Positions 52,152-64,000 of a stretch of 64,000 bases of DNA are shown here, in pieces. The notes under the pieces were generated by a model, which saw nothing but the letters and a program-made list of their open reading frames with translations, had not been told where the DNA came from and made no database searches. The position numbers were made by a program, and so were the translations under genes. Within the stretch, counting starts at the first letter, position 1, and the number at the start of each line of letters is the position of its first letter. The stretch covers positions 1,178,001 to 1,242,000 of the forward strand of contig JBLDXI010000036.1 in the NCBI GenBank assembly GCA_047495785.1, written 5' to 3'. The DNA comes from Lepidodermella squamata (taxonomy: Eukaryota > Animalia > Gastrotricha).

Positions 52152-52626
52152 AGTAATCTCCGCGGTCGAAAATTGATTGAATGAATCGTATCTATAGATA
52201 TGCCCTGAAATCACGTATTTTTTTTGAAAGGCGCGTGCTGTAAATAATAGATAATGCTCTAGTTTCTAACGACTCCATGAACTTCTCGAACTCGTCCAAG
52301 ATAGCTTGGCCTAGTTCTAACTAGGTTAAAAGAGTAACAAACATGGACAGTCATTGAATGTCGTTAACTTCAAATTGGCTGCCTCAGAATGGCCAGCAGG
52401 TCTCAACCAGTACGCTACCCAGCTTTTGAAAGGTTCTCAGAATTCTACTTCATCCACTGCCTGTATGAATGTTCAGGCATGCAACACACCTGATCTTATC
52501 TTATGTTAAGCTTGATCATATCAGCCAAGGAACCGAAGGCAAGAGGCGTGCTCCGGGCTCAGGGCTCAGAAGTTGAAGGCCTAATAATAGCAACAAGTTC
52601 CACGCAAGCACTATCCACAGCATGTT

Positions 52627-53861
52627 AGGTGCGCAAACTCGGTTTTTCTGGCCGCTTGCAGCCAGTCGAGGCAAATTTTGGCGGCCGGCTGGTCTTTGAG
52701 CTCAGTAACATTGCGTGCGGCCGGTTGAGGCTTATGCAGTCGACGATTTGGTTTTAAACAGAAGGAGGGAAGGCACCCAGCTTCAACATCTTTTAAAGTA
52801 ACCCATTGATCTAATGATCTTGATTTTAGGGTTTATGGGAAAATTCGGGGCATTTTTGCATGTTAAATGATGACTGAAATGCGCGACTATCGAAAATCTG
52901 ATCTATACGGAACATCGTGCTAGTTTTTAGAAGTTTGTTTGAATGCGATCCCACTTTTTCTTAGCCGTTTGCCGCTATCAAGTTGATAGAACGGAGAGAT
53001 TTCGTTGGCATTGGACCGTTAGATCCATGGGTTGGAATGTACCAATCGTGGTATACAATTTTGTATTAATTGGAAATTCTGTACTCTGCAAGCGGCCCTA
53101 AGAGTAAAAATTAGCACCATGGTGAGGGTTTTTTTTTATTCGCAACACTTCGAACAGTATATACTGTATTTTGTGTATTATCGTTCGAAAATAGCACTCT
53201 CTACAAAAAATGCAATAACTTTCTACACGTTCGAAAATTCACTATATTTTATACAGTATAAACATAGATAAATAAAAAAGAGAGATCTGACACGCAAGTA
53301 CATTTATGTGTGCCGAAATGAGTCATCAAGAGTTTTTGCTTTTTGGTCGCGTGACCTGAAAATCACTTGTCAACATCCTATAAAAAATACGGCATAATCA
53401 ACGCAAGTGACAAGTGATTTCGGGTGGCTACTTCACCTCAATTTATCTCAAAACACACCCCCTTCGATTTTCTCGAAAAAAATAGGACATGTAGATCTCA
53501 CCTTCAACTCAACGCTTGTCAAACCGGAATTTCCGGCCAGGGAACGGTTTTTGGTAGAAAAATTCTGAAAGAAGCACGTTTCCGCGCAGTGATTATTATT
53601 GCTTTTTCTAGCTTTGTGCAAAAAATTGCCTGATGAATCACGGCCTCATTTGCAATAATTATGATTCACGCCACCAAAAAAACTAGCTACCAGCCCCACG
53701 CCATAAAATTGATTGCTGAAATGCGGAAGATTTGAAAAATTCTAGAAAAATAACGGAAGGCCGGCCGCAAATTCGGAAAAAATGTGGGAGTGTCGCGGCC
53801 TGTTAGGGATATCTTGCGGCTGCCAAAATCGCCGGCAGTTAAAAAGGTTTGCGCAACCCAG
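52627..53861. mobile_element. Possible non-autonomous DNA transposon remnant between genes E and F
   Basis: Imperfect TIRs TAGGTGCGCAAAC / GTTTGCGCAACCCA with GCGGCC subterminal repeats on both sides; TSD not resolved. Confidence 0.4.
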
Positions 53862-54046
53862 TGTTAGAGCATGATTTTAAATCGATTAGAAGTCGATGAT
53901 TTAATAAGACAACGGCAATGCACCATATTTTATTTCCTTAAGATTGTCAGGATTTGCCAAAAAATAACATCTGAATAGAGTTTAGTGACCAATTGATTCA
54001 ATTTGGTATAATTTAACAGAAGTGAGTAACAGCCTTGGGTTGAAGT

Positions 54047-56122
54047 TTAACGCTTAGAACCATACGCATCGTCGTTGCACTCGTTCTCGGTTTCGTACCC
54101 GCCATTGTTGACTTGGAACTAAGTCGTTAAATAATGACATTAAACTCGAATTATCAAGAAGTCTCTCTCACCGAAAATTCCGGGCAGTTTTCCGCCAAGG
54201 TAAGGCATATATTAGCACCCGTGCCACTCGAGCAGAGCTTGTACTGAAATGTATAGAATATAGGCGATCAGATATTCTTTAAGGTATCGGTTTATCGAAT
54301 TTAAAGTGTATTCGAAACAAATACCTTGATAACCCTTATGTCCACCTTGCATGCGTGGTAATTATCTCCGAAAGAAGTTGAGTTGCCGTAGACTTTAACC
54401 TAACATGAAGAAATTACCTGACGAATCCAAAACATTGTTGAATGGCTTACCCGGGTACCACTCGGAACAATCCCATAGCACTTCGTGCCATTGCTTGTGA
54501 GACATTGGACGGCTCGCTATTTAAAACCAAACTTAATCAACAAATTCAATCGGAGATCGAAAGATAAAAAAATATTTAGGGTGAACTTTTTTTTATGACA
54601 AAACACCTTTCCCACTTATTTTTTCACTTAATTCGAGTTGGAAACTAGCGTACTAGTTTTCCGTTTTCAGTTTTCGGGGTTCTGAAAACGCAACCAATTG
54701 TTTTCGCTTCATAATAGTTATTGATGAAGTGCACGGGCCCTAAATATCGAACTTGAAAAAACTAACCCTGAACCCTAACCAAGCCCCAACCCTAACCCTA
54801 AACCTGACTCCCAAACCTAACCCATGAGCCAACTCCTAATGTAAAAAATTATCCTATTTATAAATTGTGTATGTCAGATGATTTTGCCTTACATTTATCA
54901 TAGACACTTCGTCCTTCGTCAAGAATATTTTTTAAATGGAAATTATGAATTCTGAAAATTTTAAATATTTGGATTTCAGCAAAAAGCTCCGATTATATAA
55001 TCGAAATGTTAATTTATTAGTGTTTACCCCTGTTAGGCAGTTTGCTCGGTTGGTGAACGTCGCAGGCGAAAATTCTGGCGTTTCAGCCCAAAAGTCACAG
55101 CCGGTTGACGCGAGGCGGCAATCGATGAAGCTCCCGTTATACTTCGTGAAGCACCTGACATGCGGCTTTTCACTGTCCGGAACTTTAACTGTTACCGTAC
55201 AGCATAAATAAGTAAATTCCATGGTTACAAAAATTGATTAAAAACTCACGTGAAGTTCCAGAGATGCAGAGGCTTAAATTAGCGTACGCGCTGCCACCTT
55301 CGAGCTATAACAAACAAATTATACGATCAGCTAGTAAAAACCCAGCTTCAAACCCAGTTCTCAGGGCAGGGGAAGGCGGTTGGGACACATGTCTTGACTA
55401 CGCCATTGTCCGTGCATCGCTTGAAAGATTGATTCTAAAATCAAAGGAGTCAAGTACAATAAATATTCCAGCGCTGATTAAATTACCGCAAATTTCGATT
55501 TCGCGTTATTGCAAGCGGCCAAGCTGTCTTTCAGCGTCGTATTTCTGAACCAATCCAGCTAAATAATGAAATAAAAATAAAATAACACAGTAGATAGCGC
55601 TGAATGTTTACCTCGATTTCTCTATCAGCAGCTGGTTCGCCAGTTAATTTGCAGTTTCCAAGGCCGGGATTGCAACGTGGTGTTAGGGCGCCGTATTTGT
55701 AGCACATTTTAGCATTCTGTGTTTGATACGGGTTAAAATAATGTAGGGAGCCAGACCAGAATTTCGATTTCTTACCCCTGATCGACACGATGCTAAATCC
55801 GGGAACAAGGGACCCCACTGTATTCAAATAAAAATGAATTATTCCAAAATCAATAAAAAAATGGAAAATTATTTGATCTCAAATAAATTAAATTTTCCGA
55901 TCGACTGCGAGTTTTGAAGAAATAAAATGAACTTGATTTAAAGCTGTGATTAAAATAATTCCTAAATAAAAATACCTGATACTCGGCAATAGGATCACAG
56001 GTATCGCGGCACGAAGTAAATGCGTTGTTGGTAACTTGGAAGCATCGCTTGAACACCTGGCCCGATGCCTGGCCAATGAACGCGAACGAAATAACGAGAA
56101 TTATCGAAATAAATCTTCTCAT
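54047..56122 (-). CDS. Gene F: A-type paralogue lacking both LamG domains, 11 exons, ~315 aa
   Basis: Exons 1-10 match gene A with an open frame; exon 11 reads FQVNNGGYETENECNDDAYGSKR* (TAA 54049-54047); AATAAA at 53934-53929. Confidence 0.85.
54762..54838 (+). repeat. Degenerate (CCCTAA)n telomere-like tract in gene F intron 7
   Basis: CTAACCCTGAACCCTAACCAAGCCCCAACCCTAACCCTAAACC... Confidence 0.7.
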
Positions 56123-56611
56123 TATCTCATTTGAACAGAAAACAAATGCTCAATGGCGTGAAAAAGTAGAGAAATCTGTTAAAATCACGTATTTTTGCCT
56201 GGCCCGTGGCTCGTGCCTGATTTTCTGTGTGAAACGACACGCATGTGATAGAACAACAAAAACAAAAACAAAACGCATTGAACACTGACCTTGTCACCAC
56301 ATAATCAGTCAACTATCGATTATTTATATGTATTCTACTCAGAGGAGGAATTATATTAGATTTATTATCATACTTCCGACTCTGGGTAGAATATTTCCAT
56401 AAATCACAAGTTACAGAAATCATCCCTGGGACCCGGGCGTTGGTTTACCTGGTAGACCCCGGTTTCGAAGTGTTCATTTTGAAAAATAAATCATCCGTTT
56501 TTTGCAAAACGGTTTACTTCCTCATGTTTTTTATTGAGCCTTAATTTTCACTCGCTTTGGGCGAATTGCTGCCGAAATTCTGCCCGGACTCTCGGCCCTT
56601 TCGTTTGTTTT

Positions 56612-57150
56612 TCATGTTGGTTTTAACTGGATTCTATCAACAATTCCCACAGTTTTTCGCTGTTTCAGGTTTTTTCGATGTTCCTTGACTCGTCGCAAGC
56701 TTCGTGACGGATCAAGACGCTGTGAATCGATGGCATGCGTTAGGTCCTGATTCAACAAAATCCGGAATTCTCTGGCGGAGCTGAACCGTGAACCACTCGG
56801 CCTTGTCGTTGTTACGATGGCGATTGTTGATCGATATCTGACTGGGCTATTATGTTGCGTGCGTTCGAAATTGAGTTCCACGTGGACAGAATCCAGCCCG
56901 ATTTCGTCGAAATTCGAGAGAATGCTGCCCGATTCGTTTCCAAGTTGAGCGGAGTTCTAGGCCGATTCATCAGGTTCTTCTCAAATTCTGGACGAAATTG
57001 TATGCGATCATGTCGAAATAGAAATATATCGCTGTTCGGTTTTGTCCCATCTGATCACAAGTCCTGTCGGAAATCTTGAAGCCTTGGCTAACTTCTGCCT
57101 GCCTGAACACTGATATTGTTCGAGACGGAAATGTTATTGGAAATCATGCA
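56612..57150 (-). mobile_element. Possible decayed LINE ORF1 fragment
   Basis: LNFERTQH...STIAIV...ILLNQDLT loosely resembles the ERAHR/PIIV/EDLT pattern of LINE ORF1 proteins; multiple stops upstream. Confidence 0.25.
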
Positions 57151-58480
57151 TTTCTCGCAACATATTAGGAATGACTACGAGGGAATGACTCACAAAAACA
57201 ATATTGCAGAGTTCATAGATTATACTTTCCTATAGTTCCTTTTCCTATAGCGTACGAGGGACAGGGGGAAGGGGTCGGATGAAAATAGCTTAAATTAACA
57301 AATTTTAACAAATTTCATGCGATCGCTATGTTTGATGCTCTTTCATCATTTTTTCACACGCTCATCTAATTTCCAATGCAGCCTTTTCACAGAATGATGC
57401 CATTCAGCCTCAAATCATGGTTTTTCACAAAGTCGCGGACAGCATTTTCCCCATCAATTTCCTCTCCCGAACCCCATTCTTACGAATATTTGTGGAAATT
57501 TCACCCCAGACAAGATTTATCGACTGGCGAAAACCGCATTGAAAAATTCTCCAAGGTTACAAAGTTGTTCAGAAAACGCGAGGCAAAAACAATTTAGCGT
57601 ATACTTTTTTTTAGATTGGTTGGATTTTAAATTTTAACAGTTTTAGATTGGTTTTTCCGCTAAAATCTATGAACGTTGATAAGAAGCTTTTAGAATTTTC
57701 GAAAAATTCGTCCAATTCACACTCAGATTCACCGGGTAAAACAAGAGGAAACAACACTTGAATCGTGCAAATACTAACCTCTAATTATGTTCATGATGTT
57801 CGATGATGGGCTGTAATAAATTCGGAACAGAGCCGAGTTCTCGTAGAACTCAATTATCGGATAAAAAATGCTGGGGACTGTGGCGAAACGGACGTAGAGA
57901 GATATGGTAAATGACGAGACGGTGAGGTCGAGCTTGCTGTTGGCCACTTCCAAATAACCGGCCACTGGGTTGATAGTGAGCGCGGAGACTTGAAAATCGA
58001 ACGGGCCAGCATCGTAGGCAGCAGTTTGTATAGTACCACCGATTTGATTCCCGCTGATGTCATTCAGGCCGTAAGTCTGGGTGAGCGGGAGGAACGCCAA
58101 GTCGAGTGGAAGTCCAAAGTAAGTTTCTGAAAAAATATCAAGTATTTTTTTCGAGTCAGAATTTCGAAAAACTGACGCTGCTTGCAGGTCTCCAAATTGC
58201 TGTAAGGCGAATTGATCGATGGCGTCTGAGTTCGCGAGAAATATGAGAAAATAGTCACTCATCGACTCGGAGCTTACCCAATCTTGAGGGCAGTAGCCTG
58301 CGATGCATTTATTGAAACTTGAAATTATACACAAAATATGGAATAAAATTACAAAAAATTACATAAAACGAAAAACTTACCGGCATAGCAGTTAGGCATG
58401 CAGCGTAATTGTCGGAGAAATTGCCATTCGAGTATACGCCAGACTAGAAACAAAATATAGGTTGAAAAAATTCGCTTGAA

Positions 58481-58706
58481 CACTGTGCGATCCTGCATCC
58501 TGGAGCTGCCAGGGTTGGAAAAAATTTGTTGCTGTATTTGCCAAAAAGGAGTAGTAACCAAAAAACGAGGAAAGCGAGGAAATTTTTCAGATTTTTTTCA
58601 CTAAAACAGGCTCTGAAACCTCTCGAAAATGACAAAACAGTAAGCTAAATTCTCATGTTCTCGTCCGGTCTGGCCGAGCTGGGGAGGAACGATAAGTCGC
58701 ACACTG
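58481..58706. mobile_element. 226-bp hAT-type MITE in gene G intron 20
   Basis: TIRs CACTGTGCGA / TCGCACACTG; perfect TSD CGCTTGAA; empty site present in gene E (~49305-49312). Confidence 0.9.
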
Positions 58707-59050
58707 CGCTTGAACGTCATTAAATTTACCGAGGATAATCCCTGCGGACAAGTCGGCGAATCTTGGCACACTCCAGCTGCAGCACATTGATAAGCGCTCT
58801 AGAAAGAAAAATAAGCAAAGCGTTCAGATCTTCACACAGATTTATTTTCGAACCGAGGTCATACACGCGCTCCCGGACGAAAAGCTAGCACTTCCAATCT
58901 GAAAAATTGGCCACAATTATTAAGCTCTCCAAATATGTTGAAGCCTCAACTAACATTAACCAGAGGATTCGGGCAAGATGGACCGATGTAGCAGCCTTTG
59001 TAAGCCGTAGTGTTATCGTAACAGTGGATGTATTCGACAGCTAGTAAAAC

Positions 59051-59626
59051 CAGTGCTTTGGATTTGATTTGATTTGATTTGATTTGATTTGATTTATAGG
59101 CGTTTTGGCTACCCGTGATTTGATTTGATTGATTTAACATCGTAATGCGATGATTTAGATTGATTTTGATTTAAGGTGCTTGATTTATAGCGATTTAATT
59201 GAGCCTACTTTACTTCTTGCGTGTACATGCATGTGTGCTCAAAAGGAGGAAGTAACAAAAAATCGCGTGCCAAACTCAATCCGCAGACCAAAAATGTGGC
59301 AATGTGAGGCGGTGTGGTGTTTATTACGGGCAATGATAGGCTCTTGCACGAGGCAGCACTCGTTTTGTTGCATTAGCAGCTAGGCTTTATAATTCTTATT
59401 CATCGCAAGTGCAATTTGATCGCATGTGATACTCTGATTGAAACACTCTGCTATGGTGAGATGAGGATTCGATGAATAAAGGATGATTTAATCCTGATTT
59501 ACATTCCCTTGTGATTGATTTTGATTGATTTAACTTGAAAAATTCCAGCAAATGATTGATTTTGATTGAGTTGAAGTGATTCGTGATTTAAGGTTTAAAT
59601 CAAATCAAATCAAATCCAAAGCACTG
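59051..59626. mobile_element. hAT-type (GATTT)n MITE in gene G intron 17
   Basis: TIR CAGTGCTTTGGATTTGATTTGATTTGATTT mirrored at the right end; perfect TSD AGTAAAAC (59043-59050, 59627-59634); absent from gene E. Confidence 0.92.
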
Positions 59627-62511
59627 AGTAAAACAAGACTCAATAAATCGATAAAGTCTTACGCATGAAAACTAACTTTTGCAAATATTGAAGGAGTCGT
59701 AAACAGCGCCATCCAAACTAGCGATCTGAAAAATTTGATCACGACAGTGGGAATTATGACAATGGGTTGAATACTCACAGTCGACGCTGGACAAATTGCG
59801 TTGACGGGGACGCAAATGGACAGGAAATTAGTATTGGAATCGAAACATCTTTTATGTTTTCCCTGGAAGAACAACGGAAAATGAAGAGACGCATTAGATA
59901 TTAGATTAATTTTCCCACCTGGATCGCAGCTACACATGCTTGGAAATTCGTCGCAAATTGCGTCGAGTTCGATCCGATACTGCCAAACTGAAAAATTTGA
60001 AAAAACGACCTTGAAATTCCAAAATATTACACCAAAATTTTAAAAATAAATTAAATGAAAATTAAATCCATCGGAATTTTATAATTTCTTGAAATCGTAT
60101 TACGTCAGTTTTGTTAGAGCAGGAATCAATGCAGCTGCCACCGGTTGTAGAATCGTAGCACATTTTGATTGCCTGTTGAAACAAATGATTGAGAAGCCTC
60201 AATTTTTGATACTCAAAGTCTAGTATACCCCAGTTTCACAAGATGATTTCGTCGAGAATATGGTCACACCAGATGTCTGTGTATTATAGATGTTAAAATA
60301 GGGGTAGGGAGCATTTAAAAAGAATACATCAGTTCCATTGCATGCGAGCTGAGCAGGCTTGCATTCGGAGAATGTCAGCCCTCCTGAGCCGAAGCAGCGC
60401 TGATGTGGGAAGAAGGACTGCGGAGCTGGTAAACAGTGAAATTTATGTTAAAGAGGTTGTTTTCAATTCCAGTTTAACAAACCTGATTGGCATTCGCCGA
60501 GGTTTGAGAACGTAACGCCAGTCGAAAATTGGTTGGTACTCCCAGCTGGGCAATTTTCGGTGCCATCAGTGGGTATACACTTGACCAGCGAATAGTTTGG
60601 CGAGTTCAGGCAGAATTGATGCGGTTTCTAAATCCAGTGGATGAAGCTAAAGAAATTCAATCAACTCATGGAATGTACCTTGTATATTGGGAGATAACTC
60701 AGGCATTGAGCATAATTTTCGCCGAAATCTTTTCCGCTGTTAAAAGTTGTAACCTGAAACGAGGAATTGAAGCGATTTGTTACTTCTCAATTTCCTATAC
60801 CAGGCTCATCGGAGATCGGCATATTCCCTGACAAAGAAATTCTGATGCAGACTTGCATAAGGCTGCAGGCTGTAATAGAAAGACGTGGATATTTTTCCAA
60901 AGTCTGAAATTTGCCACTGCAACCAACCCCAGCATTGCAACGTGTTTTGTCATTATAGGTTCCAGTGCTGATAGCCTGGAAAAGAAAATCAAAATTCCGG
61001 GTAGAAAAAAAGAAATATTACACAAAATCCAGTTACCCCAATATTTGAAGATTTGAATTTCATAACAAAATACTCAACCACCAACCTTGGTTTCCAATTT
61101 CTGGCAAATTATATATTCTAGCCGTCCTGTTTCGCTAAGAATTTAGAGCGAAGGTAAAGGATTTATCACCTGTGACTGGGTGGTAGCATTGCATCCAGGA
61201 GTAGCCAACAGGCAGCCAGCAAATGACCCATCCATTTTCGAGAAGCACCGAACGTGCGGCGAATAATCAGGAGCTTTCGAAGCTTCAATACAATCAAAAT
61301 TTAAAAAATCGAACAAATTGAACGAGAAACCTCTGATCCTAAATAAGCAGTCGGACAAGGTGATTATGGGGTATAATTCACGCTGAAATACATTACAGGC
61401 AAAATTGAATTGAGATAGACTGAAGAGTACCAAACTCACCCAGCCAGTTGGACATAGGCTTTCGATTGCAAAATACACAGCATTCAAAATGAAATGAAAA
61501 ATATCCCAAAACTAACCATATAAGGTCGAATTTGGACGAGGCAAGCTCCATATTGCGGCCTAAATTTCACACCCGTAAAATCCAAATGCTGTTGGGAATC
61601 AACATAATTTTTGAATTAATCATTCAAGTAAAAAATTACCGGAATTTCCTCCTTTGAACAAGAAACCAGTTTGGGGAGGCATTTCAAAGTGAACAGTTGT
61701 GGGTTGTAGCAGCTGTGGGCTGACTGAATCAAAGGCCCTTTGAAAATTTCTACTAACACCCTCATAATATCAACTCACGCCTTGTGTACAACTCGTGTAA
61801 TCAGGTAGCGCAGGGCCAAGCTATTTCCATTGATATGAAGCAAGTTGTATTGAATAGGCCAAGCTTACCTGAAATTCTTCGAATAAGTCAGTCAGATTTG
61901 CAGTCAACGAATGCGTCGTTCCATCTTGAAAAGCATCGCTTGAATAAACAATCAACGCCACTGAAAGCGAGCGTAACTAGAAAAAGGAATTCTAAAAAAT
62001 GCATAGTAATTTCTGCGGGCGAAAATTGTTTGAATGAATAGTTTTATAAATGTTGTTGATTTCACGTCTTTTTTTTAAACGTGGCGTTCCTTGGTCGCGT
62101 GCTGTGAAGAATAGCTGCTCTCATTTCCAACGGCACTGAACTTCTCGAACTCCAAGATAACTCGTCCTACCAGATTACAAATGATACAAAACGAACAAAA
62201 TAATTTTATTTGTAAACTTCAAATTTATTGCGCTATAGAAGGGCCAGCATCAGTTTGCGATTATCAGGGGCGTTTTTGAATGGAAATTCTCCACAGTTTT
62301 CTTCCTCCGCTCGTATTTGATTGAAATGAGGAACAATTCTGGGAAATTTAGAAAAAAGGAATTGTTCATCGCTCTTTGCCTTGCTTGTCAACTGAAGTTT
62401 TATTTTTATTTACCAATTTATCATTAATATCGAAAAAAAGAATTTCGTTGGATAATCACGAGATAAGGTTGAGCACTTCTATTTTACATTTTATGCTAGA
62501 TTAAGGTAGTT

Positions 62512-63730
62512 CTAACGCATGCCAGGAATCGAGAAAGAAGCGCAGTTGATTTCCACCATTCGCAGCTGTTGATGACTCAGCTCTCCCTTGAATAAGTTCA
62601 GGCAGGCAATACTCCCCATGAGTGGCTCAGCCTGATTCGCCCAAGACCTGGAATAAAACAATTTAAGCCTAATTTCTTAAAATTCATGGAAATTTGGAGG
62701 ACTAACCGTGCCAAACTGAGCGCTCCGCTGTTTGTCACAGGTCTCACTTGGCTCGCAATATCGCTGCCACTTCTGTCGCAGTGAACACTTAGTTTGCTGC
62801 TCGATGAGGAATAATACAGAGTCACATAGCGCCACTGGAAGGTCAGAGGACACGTGATATCCGAAACATTGCCACCAAATGCCCTGAGACGGATAATTTG
62901 GTTTGCATGAGCCGAGATTTTCAGACCTAGCGTTGTTCCATCAGGAGCGAATTCAAGAAGCGGCCTATCTGGTTGCGTTGAAAGCGTTGCGAGAAAGGCG
63001 ACAGTGAAACTGCCGCTGTTAAGCTTGATCTTATCATCAGAAATTACCAGTGCATCGCTCGAGTTGAAATAGAACGCTGTGTTCGAGATACCATACGGCC
63101 CAGGGACCGATAACAGAGGCGAGCTTGGGACGGAAAAATTAACAGCCGGATCGACGCGGTCATTCAAATCAGAAACCAACGGCCAAATAGCTACGTTCGA
63201 TGCAAGTAGAGTCTTCAAAGATTCTGGAGACCAAGTTTTGCCCGAGTGCATTTGCAAGCACTTTTTTCCACTTTTCCACTTTTCCACAACTGTTGAACAG
63301 ATAGGGCATGTTTGTAAATCGATAGGCACGATACGCGAGCACTAAATGTAACAGGGCTCATGGCATTGTTGCCAAATGACATGCTATTGCTGGTAACAGG
63401 CGGCGACGAGACATTCACCGTATAAATTGCGCTGTCACAAACTGCTGTCAGCTGATTCAGAGTTTTGTCTTATCATACGGCGAGAAAGACCCAAGATAAA
63501 GCATCGGTCGTCGGTCGAGCCAAAAGCTGGACAACTGAGAGTAGATGATTGAGTAGATCGTCTGAAAAAGAGAATTTGCCATCGCCGGAACCAAAGTCTG
63601 GAAAAGACGTAACCATGAAAATCTTGCATCTTGTTTGAAGAGTTGGTACTCGGTTCGTAATGAATGCGAAACAGCGCTTTAGCCCCATAAAACACAATAA
63701 CTGGAGAATTTTTGAAAGGACTGACAAAAA
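62512..63730 (-). pseudogene. Gene H: 3' LamG exons of a further, diverged and disabled paralogue
   Basis: LamG ORF 62598-63329 plus a last exon ending INCASFSIPGMR*. In-frame TGA-TAA after WVFLAV (63475-63470) and an extra TTTTCCAC unit (~63264-63287) shifting the frame. Confidence 0.85.
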
Positions 63731-64000
63731 GGCGTAAAATGAAATGGTGAATGAAGATTGGTTAAATCGAGGCAGCAGCGATAATTAAGAGAAGTTGAAA
63801 TATTGGAAAAATACTCGCCTTATAACAGGACGAAAGAGAAGTTTGCATATCAAACGGTTGTCACTCAGCGGTGGAGTAAGTTTTCCGGTAAACGCTATTT
63901 TGTAGCTCCAAGTTTTGTCAGCAGTCGGATGATCTTTTCAATTCCCGCCAATTCCCAGTTCCATCGGTATTCCGCTTTGCTGGCGATCGATAAAGCAGTG

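Larger units (their letters stand above)
57778..62004 (-). pseudogene. Gene G: disabled E-type paralogue
   Basis: Colinear with E exons 1-24. A 2-nt deletion gives TGA in exon 1 (~61888); the 5' halves and acceptors of exons 5 and 22 are deleted; exons 25-26 are absent; two MITE insertions. Confidence 0.88.

Noticed and set aside
63470-63475. TGA-TAA in gene H as recoding or selenocysteine
   Set aside because: Two consecutive stops plus a nearby frameshift indicate ordinary pseudogenisation.
1-64000. Prokaryotic defence or retron-like system suggested by RT ORFs next to repeats
   Set aside because: Both RTs are typical truncated non-LTR retrotransposons with 3' tails, and the surrounding genes have spliceosomal introns.

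Overview
AT-rich animal (invertebrate) genomic DNA with short GT-AG introns; no prokaryotic features and the species cannot be identified from sequence. From ~15.2 kb to the window end lies a head-to-tail minus-strand array of at least eight paralogous multi-exon genes (A-H plus two fragments), reconstructed by hand from splice sites. They encode secreted proteins: signal peptide, then a Cys-rich ~150-170-aa unit of three ~45-60-aa modules on mostly phase-0 micro-exons and closed by a phase-1 intron, then two LamG/concanavalin-A-like domains. A-type genes (A, B, C, D) carry 2 units, E-type genes (E, G) carry 4, and gene F is an intact LamG-less form. C, G and H are disabled and the paralogues are sequence mosaics, the birth-and-death pattern of a diversifying secreted recognition family; I recognise no name for it. 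The left 15 kb holds a decayed Sushi-domain gene, a MULE remnant and repeats. Transposons are frequent: an RTE LINE with an AT-hook, a CR1/L2-group LINE, an intron-containing hAT transposase and several MITEs with 8-bp target-site duplications (TSDs).
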